From the NCBI GenBank assembly GCA_023920165.1, contig CP089281.1:1736001-1800000 (forward strand): a stretch of DNA of 64,000 nucleotides, in the 5' to 3' direction. The stretch comes from Curvularia clavata. Lineage: Eukaryota. The number at the start of each line of letters is the position of its first letter. Positions within the stretch are counted from its first letter, which is position 1. Below the pieces are notes generated by a model. The model saw only the letters and a program-made list of their open reading frames with translations. It was not told where the DNA came from and searched no databases. Positions 48,150-61,604 of this stretch are shown in pieces. A program made the translations under genes and the position numbers.

Positions 48150-51100
48150 TTATTCCTCCAAGTAAGAAAGCTTACGCATCTCACCCAGCCTTGTCCTAGC
48201 CTGAGCAAGAGCGTTTTCGAGCTGAAGGATTTCGACCTACAGTATCGTGTTAATAAAGTCTTCACAATGGGGAACGTTCGACGAAGACGTACCTGCTGCT
48301 CCATCTGCCTGACCTTGAACTCATGGTCACCCAACTTGCTGTAGTCTACAACCTCGCCCTCATCCCGGTTCTTCTGGGCGATGATTTCTTGCACTTGTCT
48401 AACAAGCGACCTGCACGCCGCAGTGACGGTTTTGGATGCGCTCTCCAGCTTGTCTTGCGTCTTGCTCATGAAGCTGGCCTTGACACGACTGGCAGCCACC
48501 AACTGGGCAGTAGAAGCAGCAACGTCGTTGGATGCAACAATGAGTTGCTCAGGTGAGTTGCGGCCGGAAATGACACCGTCGGCAGTTTCAATGAGCATGT
48601 TCGTGGAGTTGGCAACGGCCTTAGCGGCACTGATGAGACCCTCGGTCCAGCGGTTGTGCTTCTTGTAGAATTGTGTCTTGGACATGCTGCCACGACCTTC
48701 GCGCACAATTTCTTGCTGAGAGGCTGTTGCTGCCTTGATGAGCTGTGCAATCGCGTTTGTGACTGCGATGGCAGCCTCAAGAATCGAGTCGTGAATCTTG
48801 AGCTCATACGTGGAGTATGAATCCCTGGGTTTCTTCATCAACTTGGATAGACGCTCAGTAGCTGCGTCAATGGCGTTGGCAGCCTTGGTGAGTTCGCTGT
48901 CGACCAAGTCACCAAGATCACCGGTAGCATTGGTGATCTTGCTCTTGGGTGCGAAAGCGTCTGCAAGCTTGGACAGGCTCTGCAAGTTGCGTACTACTTC
49001 CGTGCTGTTGTTGATAACAACATTGATCTTCTGCTCAGCGTCCAGATCGTACAGGCGCACTGACTGGACATTGCGGAAGAACCTGATGGTTGAAGTTGCG
49101 GAAGCTCGCGCCGCGTTGATGAGCTGATCAGCCTTGTTGTCGTCTGAAGCAAAGCGGGTCAATCCCTTGGTGTTCACTAGGACATCGACGATAGAACCAC
49201 CGTAGTTGTTGACGGCGTTAATGACCTCGGCATGCTTGGCGTTTGGCCCATCAGCAATAAAGTTATTGAATGCTGTCGAAAACTCCATTGTGCACGTCGA
49301 TGCTTTCTCAATTTGAGAGAGCACATAAGCACCAGTGGCGTTCTGGTTACCGGCTTGCATGGGAGAATCCAACTCATACAGAGCATCATCAACCCGCTGT
49401 ACACCACTTTGTAGGACAGAATCGATGATGTCGTTGATCTTCTGGAGGCTGTCTTGGATGAGAGTGTCCAGGTGACCGTCCAAGACGTTGTCGTTCGTGC
49501 TAGAGTTGAGTTTCAGCTCGTTCAGCTCCAGCAGCGTCTGGTCCATGCCGGCACGGAAGATCTCAAGCTCTTCCTCCTTTTCACGCAATTGACGTTCCAG
49601 GTCAGAGTCGCCTTCACGGAACTTCATCTGGATTTCATCCAACGCGCGTGTCTTGTTTCGCAACGCCTCTTCCAGGTCTGCGATCTCGCGGTTATGCCTT
49701 GATAGCATGGCAGACAACTCTGAGCCCTTGCCACGCTCGGCATTATCCGCACGATCCAATGCGTTGCGAAGCTCGCGCTTGAGCTTCTCGACTTCCTCGC
49801 GATGACCTCCCGTATGGCGGTCCTTTTCCATGAGTGCGCGGTCGCGCTCACGAATCATGTCCGCCAGCTCCAGGTTCTTGGTCTTAAGCTCTCGCTGCAG
49901 CTTATCTCTTGCATCAATAGCTTCCTGGGCCGAGTTAGCCTTGAGTTGAACCGACTTGAATTTCTGTAGCAACTGAAGGTGCTCGTGTCGCAGTTGCGAA
50001 TAGAGCTTGGCCAGTGACTCGTATTTCGACCGCCAAGTGTTGAGCTGCTCCTGAAGCGCCCGTATTTGGTCGTCTCGTGAACCCATTTGTTGCTGGAAGT
50101 TTTGGTTCATCTGGGCCATCTCTCCCTCAAGAGCCTTCATCCGCTGGTCGTATTGTTGTAGCATGAGCTGGTCGCGTTCGTATTGGGCGCGCGCATTCAG
50201 GTTCTCTCGTTCAAGCTCAGCAAGGCGACCCTGTGTCTGTTGCTGATACTGCTCGCGCATGAGCTGCTCCTGCGCCAATCGAGCTTGCTCAGCCTGAAGT
50301 CTTTGCTGTTCCTCGAATTCGCGCTGCGCTTGCAGCTGCATCTGTTGCTGCTGCTGCTGAGCTTCCTCCCACTGCCGTTGCAACCTCTGCTGCTCTGCCT
50401 CGTATTCCTCTTGCTGCCTCCTCTGGTTGTCCTTCCAGAATTCATTGATAGGTTCAGGGTCGACTGAAGGGGCACGAGGTTCGGGTTCAGCGGGCTTCTC
50501 ATTTTTAGGTCTTGCGGGCAAGGCCGGCGCGTTCTCGTCTTGGGACAATAGGTTTGGTGGTTCTTGGGGAAGTTTTGGTACTGTAATGAGACTCGTCAAG
50601 TATCGCAGGTTGGAGCACTCGTAGTAAAACTTGACAAGGCGGTAGTGCTGCGCATCATATCGACCACGGAGGGGGGAGAGCGCTTCATCGTCACCGAGAG
50701 TGGTGTGCATTGCGCGGAGCATGCTGGTAATAAACTTATAAATACCATAACTCTCCTGAACCAGTGGCACTAGCGCAGCGATCCTGCACTCGTTGTTGGT
50801 ACCGCTTCGAAAGTGGGAGAAGATGAGTTTTTGGAAGGCGTCGATTTGGTCCTGAAGGGTCATCAGGTCGGAAATGGTCTCGTAACCTTCATTGGGGTCG
50901 TTGATTGACTTCAAGCTGATGTACTCTTCGTATTCGAAAGTTCCTATTCCAGATTAGCCGCTCGTTCGCGAAATCGCAGTTGACCCTCGCACCATTAAAC
51001 TCTGGATGCTGGCGGTGGAACGCAAGCTTGGCCAGGAGATAGTAAATGTACTCGGAAATGAGCGGGGCATATCCTCGCATGCCCTCACCAACGGTAGAAC

Positions 51101-51632
51101 CTCGTGACAAGCTCTCGATCCAACTAGTGTTCGATTGGGCTTCCTTGAGGACGATTGGGTGGCCTTCTTGAAGGACTTTGTGCACGGTAATGAGCGCCTT
51201 GAACGTCTGGACTTCGTCTGCGAGAATTGGTTGCCTGTTTGTGCTGTTAGCACTGCGGATGGACCCGGCAAGGTGATGGCGCGAAGCAAATAGGAGAGCC
51301 GACGTACACTTTCATGCCTTGCCAGAACGAGGCCGAACTCTTGTGGTCCCAGGTGTAGACAATGCATGCTCGGACGTGTTTTCCTGTGCAAGCACATAAG
51401 CATCAATAGTATGGTACGGCGGTCGAGGAACATACGTTTGGGTGAAACTTCGTCGATACTTGTCGCCTTGCGAATGTTGACGGCCAGGTCCGACTCCTGC
51501 CTAGACGTGTTCGTTAGCCCCCATGAACTACCAACCCAGAACGAGGTCTGTCCAGAATATCCTCAGTGGACATCTTGGCCATAGTACGTACTTGCCCATG
51601 TCGACATTGCGCGAACTTCCGTAGAGCGCCAT
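48150..51632 (-). CDS. SLA2: Endocytic adaptor Sla2/End4 (ANTH, coiled coil, I/LWEQ talin-like domain), multi-exon
   Basis: NIRKATSIDE..PKRKHVR, HKVLQEGHP, FYKKHNRWTEGLISAAKAV and ASTAQLVAASRVKA; the spliced end is RKLSYLEE*. Confidence 0.95.
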
Positions 51633-52218
51633 CTTGGTCGCAGTGAGCTCTTCTTCGAGCTATGTGGTGATGGTCGCAAACAGTCGAGCAAATAGAAGGA
51701 TTAGCCTTGGAACGATAGAAAGCGCGAAAAAAGTGTAATTAGAGCCAAAGAGGCGTTGGAGCCTGATTATCTAGTTTGGCTGTGCCGTCGGCCATGCAAG
51801 GAGCTCTCGTACCCAACTATGCCTCGACCCTAGGGGAGGTGGCTCGTGCTCCTTGGCGCTTCGTCATCGCCTTTACCCGTGAACTCTTCTCCGCACAGCC
51901 TGTGTGCATCCCTGGCCTACATAAACTGCTGCCTTCTACATGGGCTAACAACGCATACGCGGCTTCATGCGCAATCGGGGCCTGATCTCTGAGCTGGCAT
52001 TCTGTAATGGGGGGCGAGTGAGCTCCTCTTGCGAACAAACATGCATGGTCTGGACGGGTCCTTTCGCCATACCGATCACGCATGGCCAGCGCAATGATCA
52101 TCAGGAACTGCGATGTCATTCTACTTGATATGCTCAGATGTGACCCAGGGTATAAACGCCATGCAATGCTACTAAAACAGAACCAATGCCCTATGACAAC
52201 ATGGTGATATTTGACAAC

Positions 52219-53649
52219 TCAAACCGCCTCACTTTTGCCTCCCTTGGAAAGGTATGCAGCCATAGGATCTGCCGCCATGGTCCGTTTTCGACGATACTCC
52301 TCCATCTCCTCTTCATTCACCTCTCCAGTCATTTCGTCGAGTGCACGTTTTCGGCTGGCCGCATCGGCCTTTGCTTTCTGGGCCTTGTCTGGAGCATTGG
52401 GCACATGTTCTTCCTGGGCCTCATCTTGCTTCCATGCAATCTCCTTTGGAACTTCCTCCAGATCAGCGCCAGTTCGCATCCGATCCGCCAGTTCAAAAGC
52501 TTCTTTGCCTGCGTCGCCCGTGCAGTATGAGTTCTTGACTGTTGAGTGACAGCATGCAAAGCCCCATTGAAAGTTGGACCACCAGCTGCCCCAAACAGAT
52601 GTGTGGTTGTTGAGCAGCACGTCCTCTGGGTATTTTGATTTTGCCTTGACCTTTGGCGCGCCCTTGATGCCTCCCCGCTCATCGTACTCGACGTATCTTT
52701 CGTTTTCCGTGACAGCAACCTTGCGCAGTTTCTCGTCTGTGAATTTTTCTTGGGTTCCGTATTTCTCAGCCAGAGCTTTCTTTTTGGCTGCTGCAGCCTC
52801 TTCAGCTTCCTTGAGTTGTTTCTTCCTCATAACCTCGCCAGATGTTGGGTTAGCTTGCAGATGAAGCTTGTTCTTATCTCCGCGTTCTTGTGTCTCCCAC
52901 GCGTACCGCTGTGCCCTCTCAAACTCGGCAGCGTCTCCAGATGCCTTCATGAAGCCTTCTTCAGCCACCAATTTGGCTGCGTTGTCCGCTGTCGCGCCGC
53001 TGTCGACCATGGAACGCGTTTTAGGATCGTATTTTGCCGAGTCGAGATCTAAATTGAGTAGGTACTTTGCAGTGTCCTCTCGTAACCGCAGGTTGCGCGT
53101 AGATGTGGCCTGTTTCCTTCCCATGTCGGTTTCAGCGTCGTATTTGTCACCCTCATCCTCATTGTCTGACTGGTCGCCTTTCTCCGCTTCCTTTGCCTTT
53201 TTACGGATCTCCTCCATGGCATTGTACTCTTCAATGACCTCCACGAAGTTTGATGCGTCATAGCCATTCCAGCGGTCGCGTTTCGCATCGAATCCCAATT
53301 GTACATCCTGAATGACTTCGTCTGCCTCAATATTCTTGCCCGTGTACTTTGCGCCTGCCTTGCGCGGTCGACTGAGACAGTCCTTCTTCTTGTGGGTCAT
53401 CGCTCCGCAGTTCTCGCATGCACCTTTGCGGAACTTTGTTGCAGCAGGGCCTGCTTTCTTGCCGCGATCGTACCATTTTGAATCCTGCTCCTGCTTCTGA
53501 AGACGCTGGTGCTCTAGGTAATCGGTGTTGTCTTCACCATTCTCGTCGACGGCGTAAAAGGGCTTCTTGGAAATGAAGGAGGGAATGTACTCGTTGCGCT
53601 CTTTCGCGGCGGCGGAAACGTCCGGCTTCTTAGGCTGTGAGGGCGGCAT
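52219..53649 (-). CDS. SLU7: Pre-mRNA splicing factor Slu7
   Basis: [14 protein letters not shown], zinc knuckle [25 protein letters not shown] and [13 protein letters not shown]. Confidence 0.96.
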   Translation of the reverse strand: MPPSQPKKPDVSAAAKERNEYIPSFISKKPFYAVDENGEDNTDYLEHQRLQKQEQDSKWYDRGKKAGPAATKFRKGACENCGAMTHKKKDCLSRPRKAGAKYTGKNIEADEVIQDVQLGFDAKRDRWNGYDASNFVEVIEEYNAMEEIRKKAKEAEKGDQSDNEDEGDKYDAETDMGRKQATSTRNLRLREDTAKYLLNLDLDSAKYDPKTRSMVDSGATADNAAKLVAEEGFMKASGDAAEFERAQRYAWETQERGDKNKLHLQANPTSGEVMRKKQLKEAEEAAAAKKKALAEKYGTQEKFTDEKLRKVAVTENERYVEYDERGGIKGAPKVKAKSKYPEDVLLNNHTSVWGSWWSNFQWGFACCHSTVKNSYCTGDAGKEAFELADRMRTGADLEEVPKEIAWKQDEAQEEHVPNAPDKAQKAKADAASRKRALDEMTGEVNEEEMEEYRRKRTMAADPMAAYLSKGGKSEAV

Positions 53650-53924
53650 ATCTGGTGGTTTGGGCTACCTAGGTGTTGAGTGATTCGAGAGGCCGATGGT
53701 GGTTGAAGCTTTCGGTCGCCGGAGCGGCGAAAGTGGAGACCTAATGCAGCGACGATCTCGCGTATCACGGGATCACGCGACTCGTGTTGCAGTGGACCGC
53801 GTTGGCTTCTCTACGCCACCAGCTACTCATAGCGCGCGCCCCATGTTGATATCTAGTTTTGGGTGACCTCAAAGACGATGCAATTCTTTCCTCTCCAACA
53901 CATCAGCACGTTGGCTATGTCGCC

Positions 53925-56900
53925 ATGGAGACATTTCGCTTTCGCCTGAACTGCATCGACAACTATCAGGCTGCACCCACCGATCTCGACCCTCTGCTCC
54001 GGCGCAGCCCTGGTCCTTTGAGTAGATTGGGCGCGCCTGAAGTGCCCGTCATCAGGGCGTTTGGCGCAACTGAGACGGGTCAGAAAGTTTGCGCTCACAT
54101 TCATGGAGCGCTACCGTATTTGTACGTGGAGTACAATGGGTGTCTGGAAACCAATGTCGGTAGGTGTGGTTTGTTGATCGCATGGCTCTGATGTACTGAC
54201 ATTGCGTAGTAAATTCGTACATCCTAGAGCTGCGCACTTCAATTGACCATGCCCTTGCCACTGCTTACCGTCGAAACACTCACGATGCGAAATCAATATA
54301 CGTTGGCCACATCTCACTGGTCAAGGGAGTCCCTTTCTTCGGATACCATGTCGGGTACAAGGTCTTTCTCAAAATCTACTTACTCAACCCTATGCACATG
54401 ACCCGTTTTGCCGATCTCCTTCATCAAGGCGCCATTTTAAATCGGGTGTTCCAGCCATACGAGAGTCACCTACAGTATCTGCTGCAGTGGATGTGCGATT
54501 ACAACTTATACGGATGTGACTACATCGATTGCGCCAAAGTAAAATTTCGAGGACCGGTCCCCGATAGCGACGAGGTGGACACTACCATACACAAGTGGCA
54601 TGATGCCTCAATTCCAGATGAGTTCATGGCGGATGAAGATCAATACCCACGCCAAAGCCATTGCACCCTTGAGGTGGACATTTGCGTCCAAGACATTCTC
54701 AATCGGCAGCAACTGCAATACCGCCCTATGCACCACGACTTTCTGGAACGGTCGAGCCAAATGCTTCACAATCCCGATGATAAGTTTGTACCATCTATGG
54801 CTGGGCTATGGAGGGCCGAAACACGTCGACGAAAACTTCGCATGGGTCTTACTAGCCCCTCCAGTAGTCCATTTCCTACTGAAGTACTAGTGTCAATGTC
54901 AGCAGATACGCGCGACACTAGGAAAGGCGGATGGATACATGAAGATGAATACAGGGAGATCGTCGAGGGTTTGATTGAAGAAGAAAAACGGGGAAGGGAT
55001 GAAGTTCGCTTTGACACGTTCGTCAAACCTGCCGAAGGCCAGCACCATATCAAGACTGCTGTAGAGAGTATTGAAGATCTCTATCCTGAAGTGTTGTCTA
55101 CACAAAGACTGCCAGACCAAGACTTGGAAGACGAAGGTGAAACGTTTGAGGAAGATACGGCTCATGTCTTGGGTGGGGACGAACTCCTGTCAGACGATCT
55201 AGATCTGCCGCCGCAGTTTCAGTATGGTGATGCCATTTTTGGTGACGACGATGGCCGGAATCAAGCAGACTTCGATAATCAATCCGAAGACGAAGAGCAC
55301 TCAATGGACCCACTCACCGTGTCTCTTTTGCAGGGGGCTGATGAAGCGGCAGGAAACGATGCACTCATCGACGAGGGTATCGATTTGGTCGATCCAAGCG
55401 ACGAAGATGAACCACTAAATGTTAGCAGTCCTAGCTCTATGCGCAAGCGCCGCAATGAGCCTACTGAAGAAGACTACAACAAGCGCCAACGGGTCTTGCT
55501 AGGAATACAGGGCACTGGCCGTCGTGTATCCTTTCTTAATGCTCTCGGTGCAGGCAACAATCAAACGGTGGGCGAAGCTCAGAAAAGCTCCTGGGAAGAG
55601 GCTCCTCCGGCTGGTCAACTCTCCCAAGCAAGTATAAAAGCTCAAGGTCTTGGAGTGCCTACCACTCTCTCTTTTCCTGTAGTTAAAAACCCCAATGCTC
55701 CCGAGACCTTAAATCGTCTCAGCCAGTCAGGCTACTCCAACTCTCAAGAGGACCCAAAGACACCTAGGACTAAGCACCTCAATATCAGGACTTCACAGCG
55801 TTCCCCCGTTACCCCTTGGACTCATCAAAAGACATTACCAGCGATACCTGCTAGTATTACGCCAATAGCTCGTTCACAAGCCACGGTTCTGGTCAAAAAA
55901 CTGAGCGAGTCATGTCGACATCGTCGCCCTACGGTATATTACGGATATCTACCTCCAACAGCTGAGAATGTCGACAGTACTATGATGCACGCTGGACTGC
56001 CGCCTGTGATCTACCAGGATGCCTATTACAGCGATGAGAAAGACGTTCCAGATCGTCCTCGTGAATATGCAGGCAGGGAGTTTAAATTACAGAGCACCAC
56101 ATTGCCGTACCTTCCTCCGTTCGATCCAGCTGGTACATCTCTTGCCAATGTCGGGGAACATCCGCCAGTTGTGGTAGACAAGAGAGAACAAGCTACAGCG
56201 TACAAAGCAAGATCTAAGCGTTGCGGTCTGCGTCATTGGGAACTCTCGAGGCCTCCACCCTCTTTTGAAGAAGTAAGAGAATGGACACTTCATGAAGCAA
56301 GGCAGCCCAAGACAGGGAAGTCGGACACTAAAACGGAGCATCTGTCCAAGCCTATGCTAAGTAAATTCGAACCCGTAGGCCATCTCTCACAAATTGAGGG
56401 CCCAACACAAAAGAATACCCATGGTTTTAAGTATTCGCAGAAACAGAAGGATACCAGTGTCAAACACCAGTCACAATACATGAGCATCATGAGTTTGGAA
56501 GTTCACGTCGATTCCAGAGGATCGCTGGCGCCGGATCCTGCCGAAGATGAGATACAGTGCATCTTCTGGAGCGTACAAGGTGAGGATGACGCCGTCACCG
56601 ATCGACAACGCACAGGTATACTGTGCTTTTCTGAGGAGGACGGCATAGCTCTACGCATTGCCAAACAAGTTCCAGTGGAGGTCGAATACGAAGAAGACGA
56701 GCTGGATCTCATTAATCGTCTAGTTGACATTGTCCGTCAGTTTGATCCAGATATCCTCACGGGATACGAGGTGCACAACAGCTCTTGGGGCTACCTGATA
56801 GAGCGCGCCAGAATGAAGTATGAGTACAACCTTTGCGATGAGCTTAGCAGGATGAAATCTCAGTCGAGTGGGAGATTCGGCAAAGAGGCAGATCGCTGGG

Positions 56901-59122
56901 GCTTCACACACACGTCCACCATACGGGTTACTGGCCGACACATGATCAACATTTGGAGAGCTATGCGCGGCGAGCTAAACTTACTGCAGTACACCATGGA
57001 AAACGTGGTATTCCATTTATTGCACAAGCGTATTCCGCATTATCGACACTCGGATTTGACCACATGGTACAGGAACGAAAAGCCTCGAGATCTCACAAAA
57101 GTTCTCAAGTACTTTCTTACTCGCGTGCAACTAAATCTTGACCTTTTGGACGCCAACGACATAGTACCACGTACTAGCGAACAGGCGCGCTTGCTTGGGA
57201 TTGATTTCTTCGCAGTCATCTCACGAGGCTCGCAATTCAAAGTAGAGTCTACTATGTTTCGCATTGCGAAGCCCGAAAACTTCATCCTTGTCTCGCCAAG
57301 CAGGAAGCAGGTTGGTCAACAAAACGCCCTGGAGTGTCTGCCCCTCGTCATGGAACCTCAAAGCGCTTTTTACTCCAGCCCGGTACTAGTGCTAGACTTC
57401 CAATCACTCTACCCGAGTGTCATGATAGCTTACAACTATTGTTACTCGACCTGTCTTGGACGCATCGTCAGCTGGCGTGGCCGCAACAAAATGGGGTTCA
57501 TGGACTTCAAGCGGGAACCCCAACTATTGGAGCTGGTGAAAGACTACATAAATATTGCGCCAAACGGTATGATGTACGTCAAACCAGAGATGCGAAAATC
57601 GCTGCTTGCGAAGATGCTCGGTGAGATCTTGGAGACCCGAGTCATGGTCAAGAGTGGAATGAAGGAGGACAAAGATGATCATACGCTCCAGAAGCTGCTC
57701 AACAACAGACAATTGGCATTGAAGCTGCTGGCCAATGTTACTTATGGTTACACATCCGCTTCGTTTTCAGGGCGCATGCCATGCTCTGAAATCGCCGATA
57801 GTATCGTTCAATCTGGTCGAGAAACCCTTGAGAAGGCGATTGCAATCATCCATGCGACGGAAAAATGGGGCGCTGAAGTTGTCTATGGAGATACTGATTC
57901 ACTTTTCATACATCTCAAAGGGCGTACGAAGGATCAAGCATTCACAATTGGTGAAGAGATTGCTTCTGCTATCACTGCTGCAAACCCACGACCCATCAAG
58001 CTCAAGTTCGAGAAAGTGTACCATCCTTGCGTACTGCTTGCAAAGAAACGTTATGTGGGCTTTAAGTACGAACACAGAAACCAGAAAGAGCCAGAGTTTG
58101 ACGCAAAAGGTATCGAAACCGTTCGCCGAGATGGGACACCCGCGGAACAAAAGATTGAAGAAAAAGCGCTCAAGCTTCTTTTTCGAACTGCAGACCTCAG
58201 CCAAGTGAAGCGTTACTTCCAAGAACAATGTGCTAAAATCATGGAAGGCCGTATCAGCATCCAGGATTTTCTCTTTGCTAAAGAAGTCAAACTAGGCACA
58301 TACTCTAACAAAGGACATGCACCACCCGGTGCCCTTATTGCCACGAAACGCATGCTCGCCGATCCACGCGCAGAACCACAATATGGCGAACGTGTCCCTT
58401 ACGTTGTCATCACTGGCGCACCAGGAGCCCGACTCAGCGACCGTTGCGTCAGCCCAGAGATCCTACTACAAAACGACCACTTGGAGCTTGATGCTGAGTA
58501 TTATATCTCCAAAAACCTGATTCCTCCCCTCGAACGCATCTTCAATCTTGTTGGCGCCAATGTCCGACAGTGGTATGATGAGATGCCTAAGACTCAACGT
58601 ATACGCAACATCTCCATTCCTATCGCACCAAAACACGATAACAACGGCAATGTCCTCATAGGCGGTGGCAGCAACTCTCTCAAGAAAACTCTAGAAAGCT
58701 ATATGAAATCCTCGAACTGTCTCGTATGCCGTTCCAAACTCGGTCCTCCTGCATCTACGCACCTTTCTGACGATGCCTACGCTATGCTGCCACTTTGTGC
58801 AAAGTGTGTCAGGCGCCCAGCACACTCGCTTCTCGCACTCAAATATCGCATTTGGGACAGTGAAACGAGAGTAGCCGAGGTAGAGACTGTGTGTAGACGA
58901 TGCTCGAATCTAGCGTGGAATGAAGAGATCCGATGCGATAGTAGGGATTGTCCGGTTTTTTATACACGTACAAAGGAGAAGAGTCGGCTGGCAGCATTGA
59001 GGGATAATGTGGAGCCGGTTGTCGACATCATTCAGGCTTTAGAGGTGGGGGATGAGGAAGAAGCACCAGAACATGAGGGTGAGGCGGGCAGACGAGGTAA
59101 TGATGATGAGCTTACATGGTAA
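53925..59122 (+). CDS. REV3: DNA polymerase zeta catalytic subunit, intron ~54160-54209
   Basis: [13 protein letters not shown]-terminus; B-family motifs [19 protein letters not shown] and YGDTDS; C-terminal CysA/CysB clusters. Confidence 0.97.
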
Positions 59123-59655
59123 TGTTTTTTTGGAGCGGAAGTTTGTATACCCATTTATCGGAACATGATTGTTATGCTAGACCTATGAAATGTATTAATG
59201 ATATTTTGATTGCGATCGCTATCTCTGTCAGTAGAGAGATGGGGTGTGGAACCATCACAAGTTGAGAATGATTTGCATATTATCATGTACTAGAGATTGC
59301 ATTTCCGGGACTCTTCTATTCTGCTTTGGAGGAAAAGAGAAGAGCGAATTATTAAAACCGTCTATACAAGAAGTCTATTACAAAAGAATAGAGAAGCAGG
59401 ACTTTTTCCAATCCCAAGTTCCACCCACGTCTCATAACGCCCCATTTGGATATTGAGCCAGTGCATCGTTCCCTAAAAAGAAGTAATAAAAAGGATATGT
59501 CAGCCCTTCAATGAAGGCGTCCTTGGCGCCCAGATATTCATCAACTAATTGTTTTTTCCGTTTTCCCATACTTGCGCCACGTCCGCCCTCGCTGTCTTGC
59601 TTTTTCCTCTCTCATCAACCCCATGCTAATCAGTTCCCTGGTAACGGGCCATACG

Positions 59656-60141
59656 CTACCATGTCCTGCTCTTCTCCGGATCATTCAACCACAGTCTCAA
59701 ATTGTTGACTCTGGTAAACGCCTCTTCTCTCCGTTTGAGTGGCATAGTTTCGTATTCATGTTCGTTTGGAGTGTTCTTGCGACGTGGTTTCCATGTAAGG
59801 GCTTGTTCGTTGTTTTTTGTGTTGGCGCTGATAGCGAAAGGGGCGGTGGTTTCATCCACGCAGTATGTCAGCCCAACTAAGCCATTATGATTGTCTTTTG
59901 AAACCGTCGACGATAGCGGCGGAGAAGGTGGAGGCACGACTATCGTTACTGCCTGGGGTGCTTTCTGGTTGGAAAGGGGGAAGATGATGCTGGACCTGAT
60001 TACGGAGAAGAAGTTGCGAGATTGTAGTGATGGCGTGTCGGATCCGGTCGTGGTGATCGTGTTTGCTTCGCTGAGTAACGAGTTTGTGGAACTGTTGTGC
60101 GACGGGGTTGGCGAAGGCGGGGGGAGATATGACCAACGCAT
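59656..60141 (-). CDS. Hypothetical Ser/Thr/Pro-rich protein, 161 aa
   Basis: ATG-initiated ORF between REV3 and the SelK-like gene, with a TATA-like sequence near 60456; no recognisable domain. Confidence 0.45.
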   Translation of the reverse strand: MRWSYLPPPSPTPSHNSSTNSLLSEANTITTTGSDTPSLQSRNFFSVIRSSIIFPLSNQKAPQAVTIVVPPPSPPLSSTVSKDNHNGLVGLTYCVDETTAPFAISANTKNNEQALTWKPRRKNTPNEHEYETMPLKRREEAFTRVNNLRLWLNDPEKSRTW

Positions 60142-60867
60142 GGCTGCGGGTGGGTGGTGATGGAGATGAGGTTGTAGAAGCAGTGAAGCAGGGCGTTCAG
60201 TCTGACATAAGAAGGAACAGACTTCTTAGATAGTACTGATTGTTGGAGGACATTGGTTTCAGGTTGCTGTACAAACAAAAGTATTGGTGGTAGCAAATAC
60301 TTTATCACCACGTGTGCGCGAACCAAGGTATGAGCCTCGCGCCAAACAAGGTATGGACATGGAAGTTTAACGTCCCTGCAGGAACCTACCGTGGATTGAG
60401 TGGGCGGTCGAAGCCCAGGGCTTACTGTGATGACAAACTACCTGGCTGCCCAGTCTATATAATGGGTTGTGCGGTACACTGGTACGGTGATTGCTCCGCC
60501 TGTTGAGCAACCGTCACGGCCCTTGCGTTGTGGCTGGAGCCTTCGAATTATAGAAGAAGGAGAGGTGCATAATAAGCAACATTGCGAAACACATTTTCGT
60601 CCTTTTGCGGTCGATCATCCCGTTTTGCGACGATTTTTTGCGTTTCGACTTTCCACCTTAACCCAGCAGAGCCTCAAGGGAGGCTCAGGTCCAAGTCATC
60701 ATGACACTATAAAGAATAAAAACAAATACATTAGAGAAAGGCTGAGACATACTAACGTTTGTCTCGTGTCTCTAAGAGCTGAAAAGTTCGTTTTGTAGGA
60801 ACTGTGCGAGGGGAAGTTTCATTCCGACTATTTCGATACCAAGAGGTGCAACCACAACTCTCAGTCG

Positions 60868-61250
60868 CTAGATCATACAAGCACCACAGCCAGCTGTACC
60901 TCCCATCTTGATAGGTGGTCTTGAATCTCTCGCTTGCGCTACCCTCCCAACATCTCTTCCTCCACCGCTACCAGGCCCTGCGTTCCCGCGACCATGCATG
61001 CCGCCCTGGTAACTATCGCGCGCCGGGGCCATGGGCGAAGGCCGGTTGTACGAATTACTACCCGGCGCGCGATAGGGAGATCCACGTGCAGCCGCCCAGG
61101 TATCGAGCGAGAAGAGGGTAGTCAGGTAGAGTGCGAAGAAGGTGATGAGTGTGTCGGTTGTGCGCGACAAGAGAGATCTACAGAGTCGGGTGTTAGTGAG
61201 CATGTAGCGACAGGAGGATCAGATGGAAGGATGTACTTTTGGGATTCCAT
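60868..61250 (-). CDS. Selenoprotein K (SelK/SelG)-like small membrane protein, Cys-type, 107 aa; intron 61178-61236
   Basis: Spliced MESQKSLLSRTTDTLITFFALYLTTLFSLD (hydrophobic helix), a G/P/R-rich tail, and the end ...DVGRV...PPIKMGGTAGCGACMI*. Confidence 0.6.
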
Positions 61251-61604
61251 GTCAGCGTGGTTCCAGCAGAGTGGAAAATTCTAGCTGCAAAACTGTGTTC
61301 AGAGTAGAGGAGAGATGTTGGGAGAGAATAAAAACATCAAAGATGGTTGTTGCCTTGGAGCGGCAGGGCGCCCAAGGTCGTTTCTCGTGCAGGGATATGG
61401 GCGACGGGTGGATCGGCGCGGATCGCGCTAATGCAAGGACAAAATGTTGTACAGCTTCCTTCTGCTGTGTCCTTCTACCTCCAAGTACATTCGTCATAAA
61501 GCGCGCGGCGTAGAAAGAATTACTTGTTAATATCACAAACGCAGCTAGCATATTTTCTAGCGAAGACTGACGCGAATAACTAAAATTGATCGCGTACAGT
61601 TGCG

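Noticed and set aside
60868..60870. Selenocysteine recoding in the SelK-like gene
   Set aside because: The stop is TAG and the Cys residues use normal codons; no in-frame TGA.
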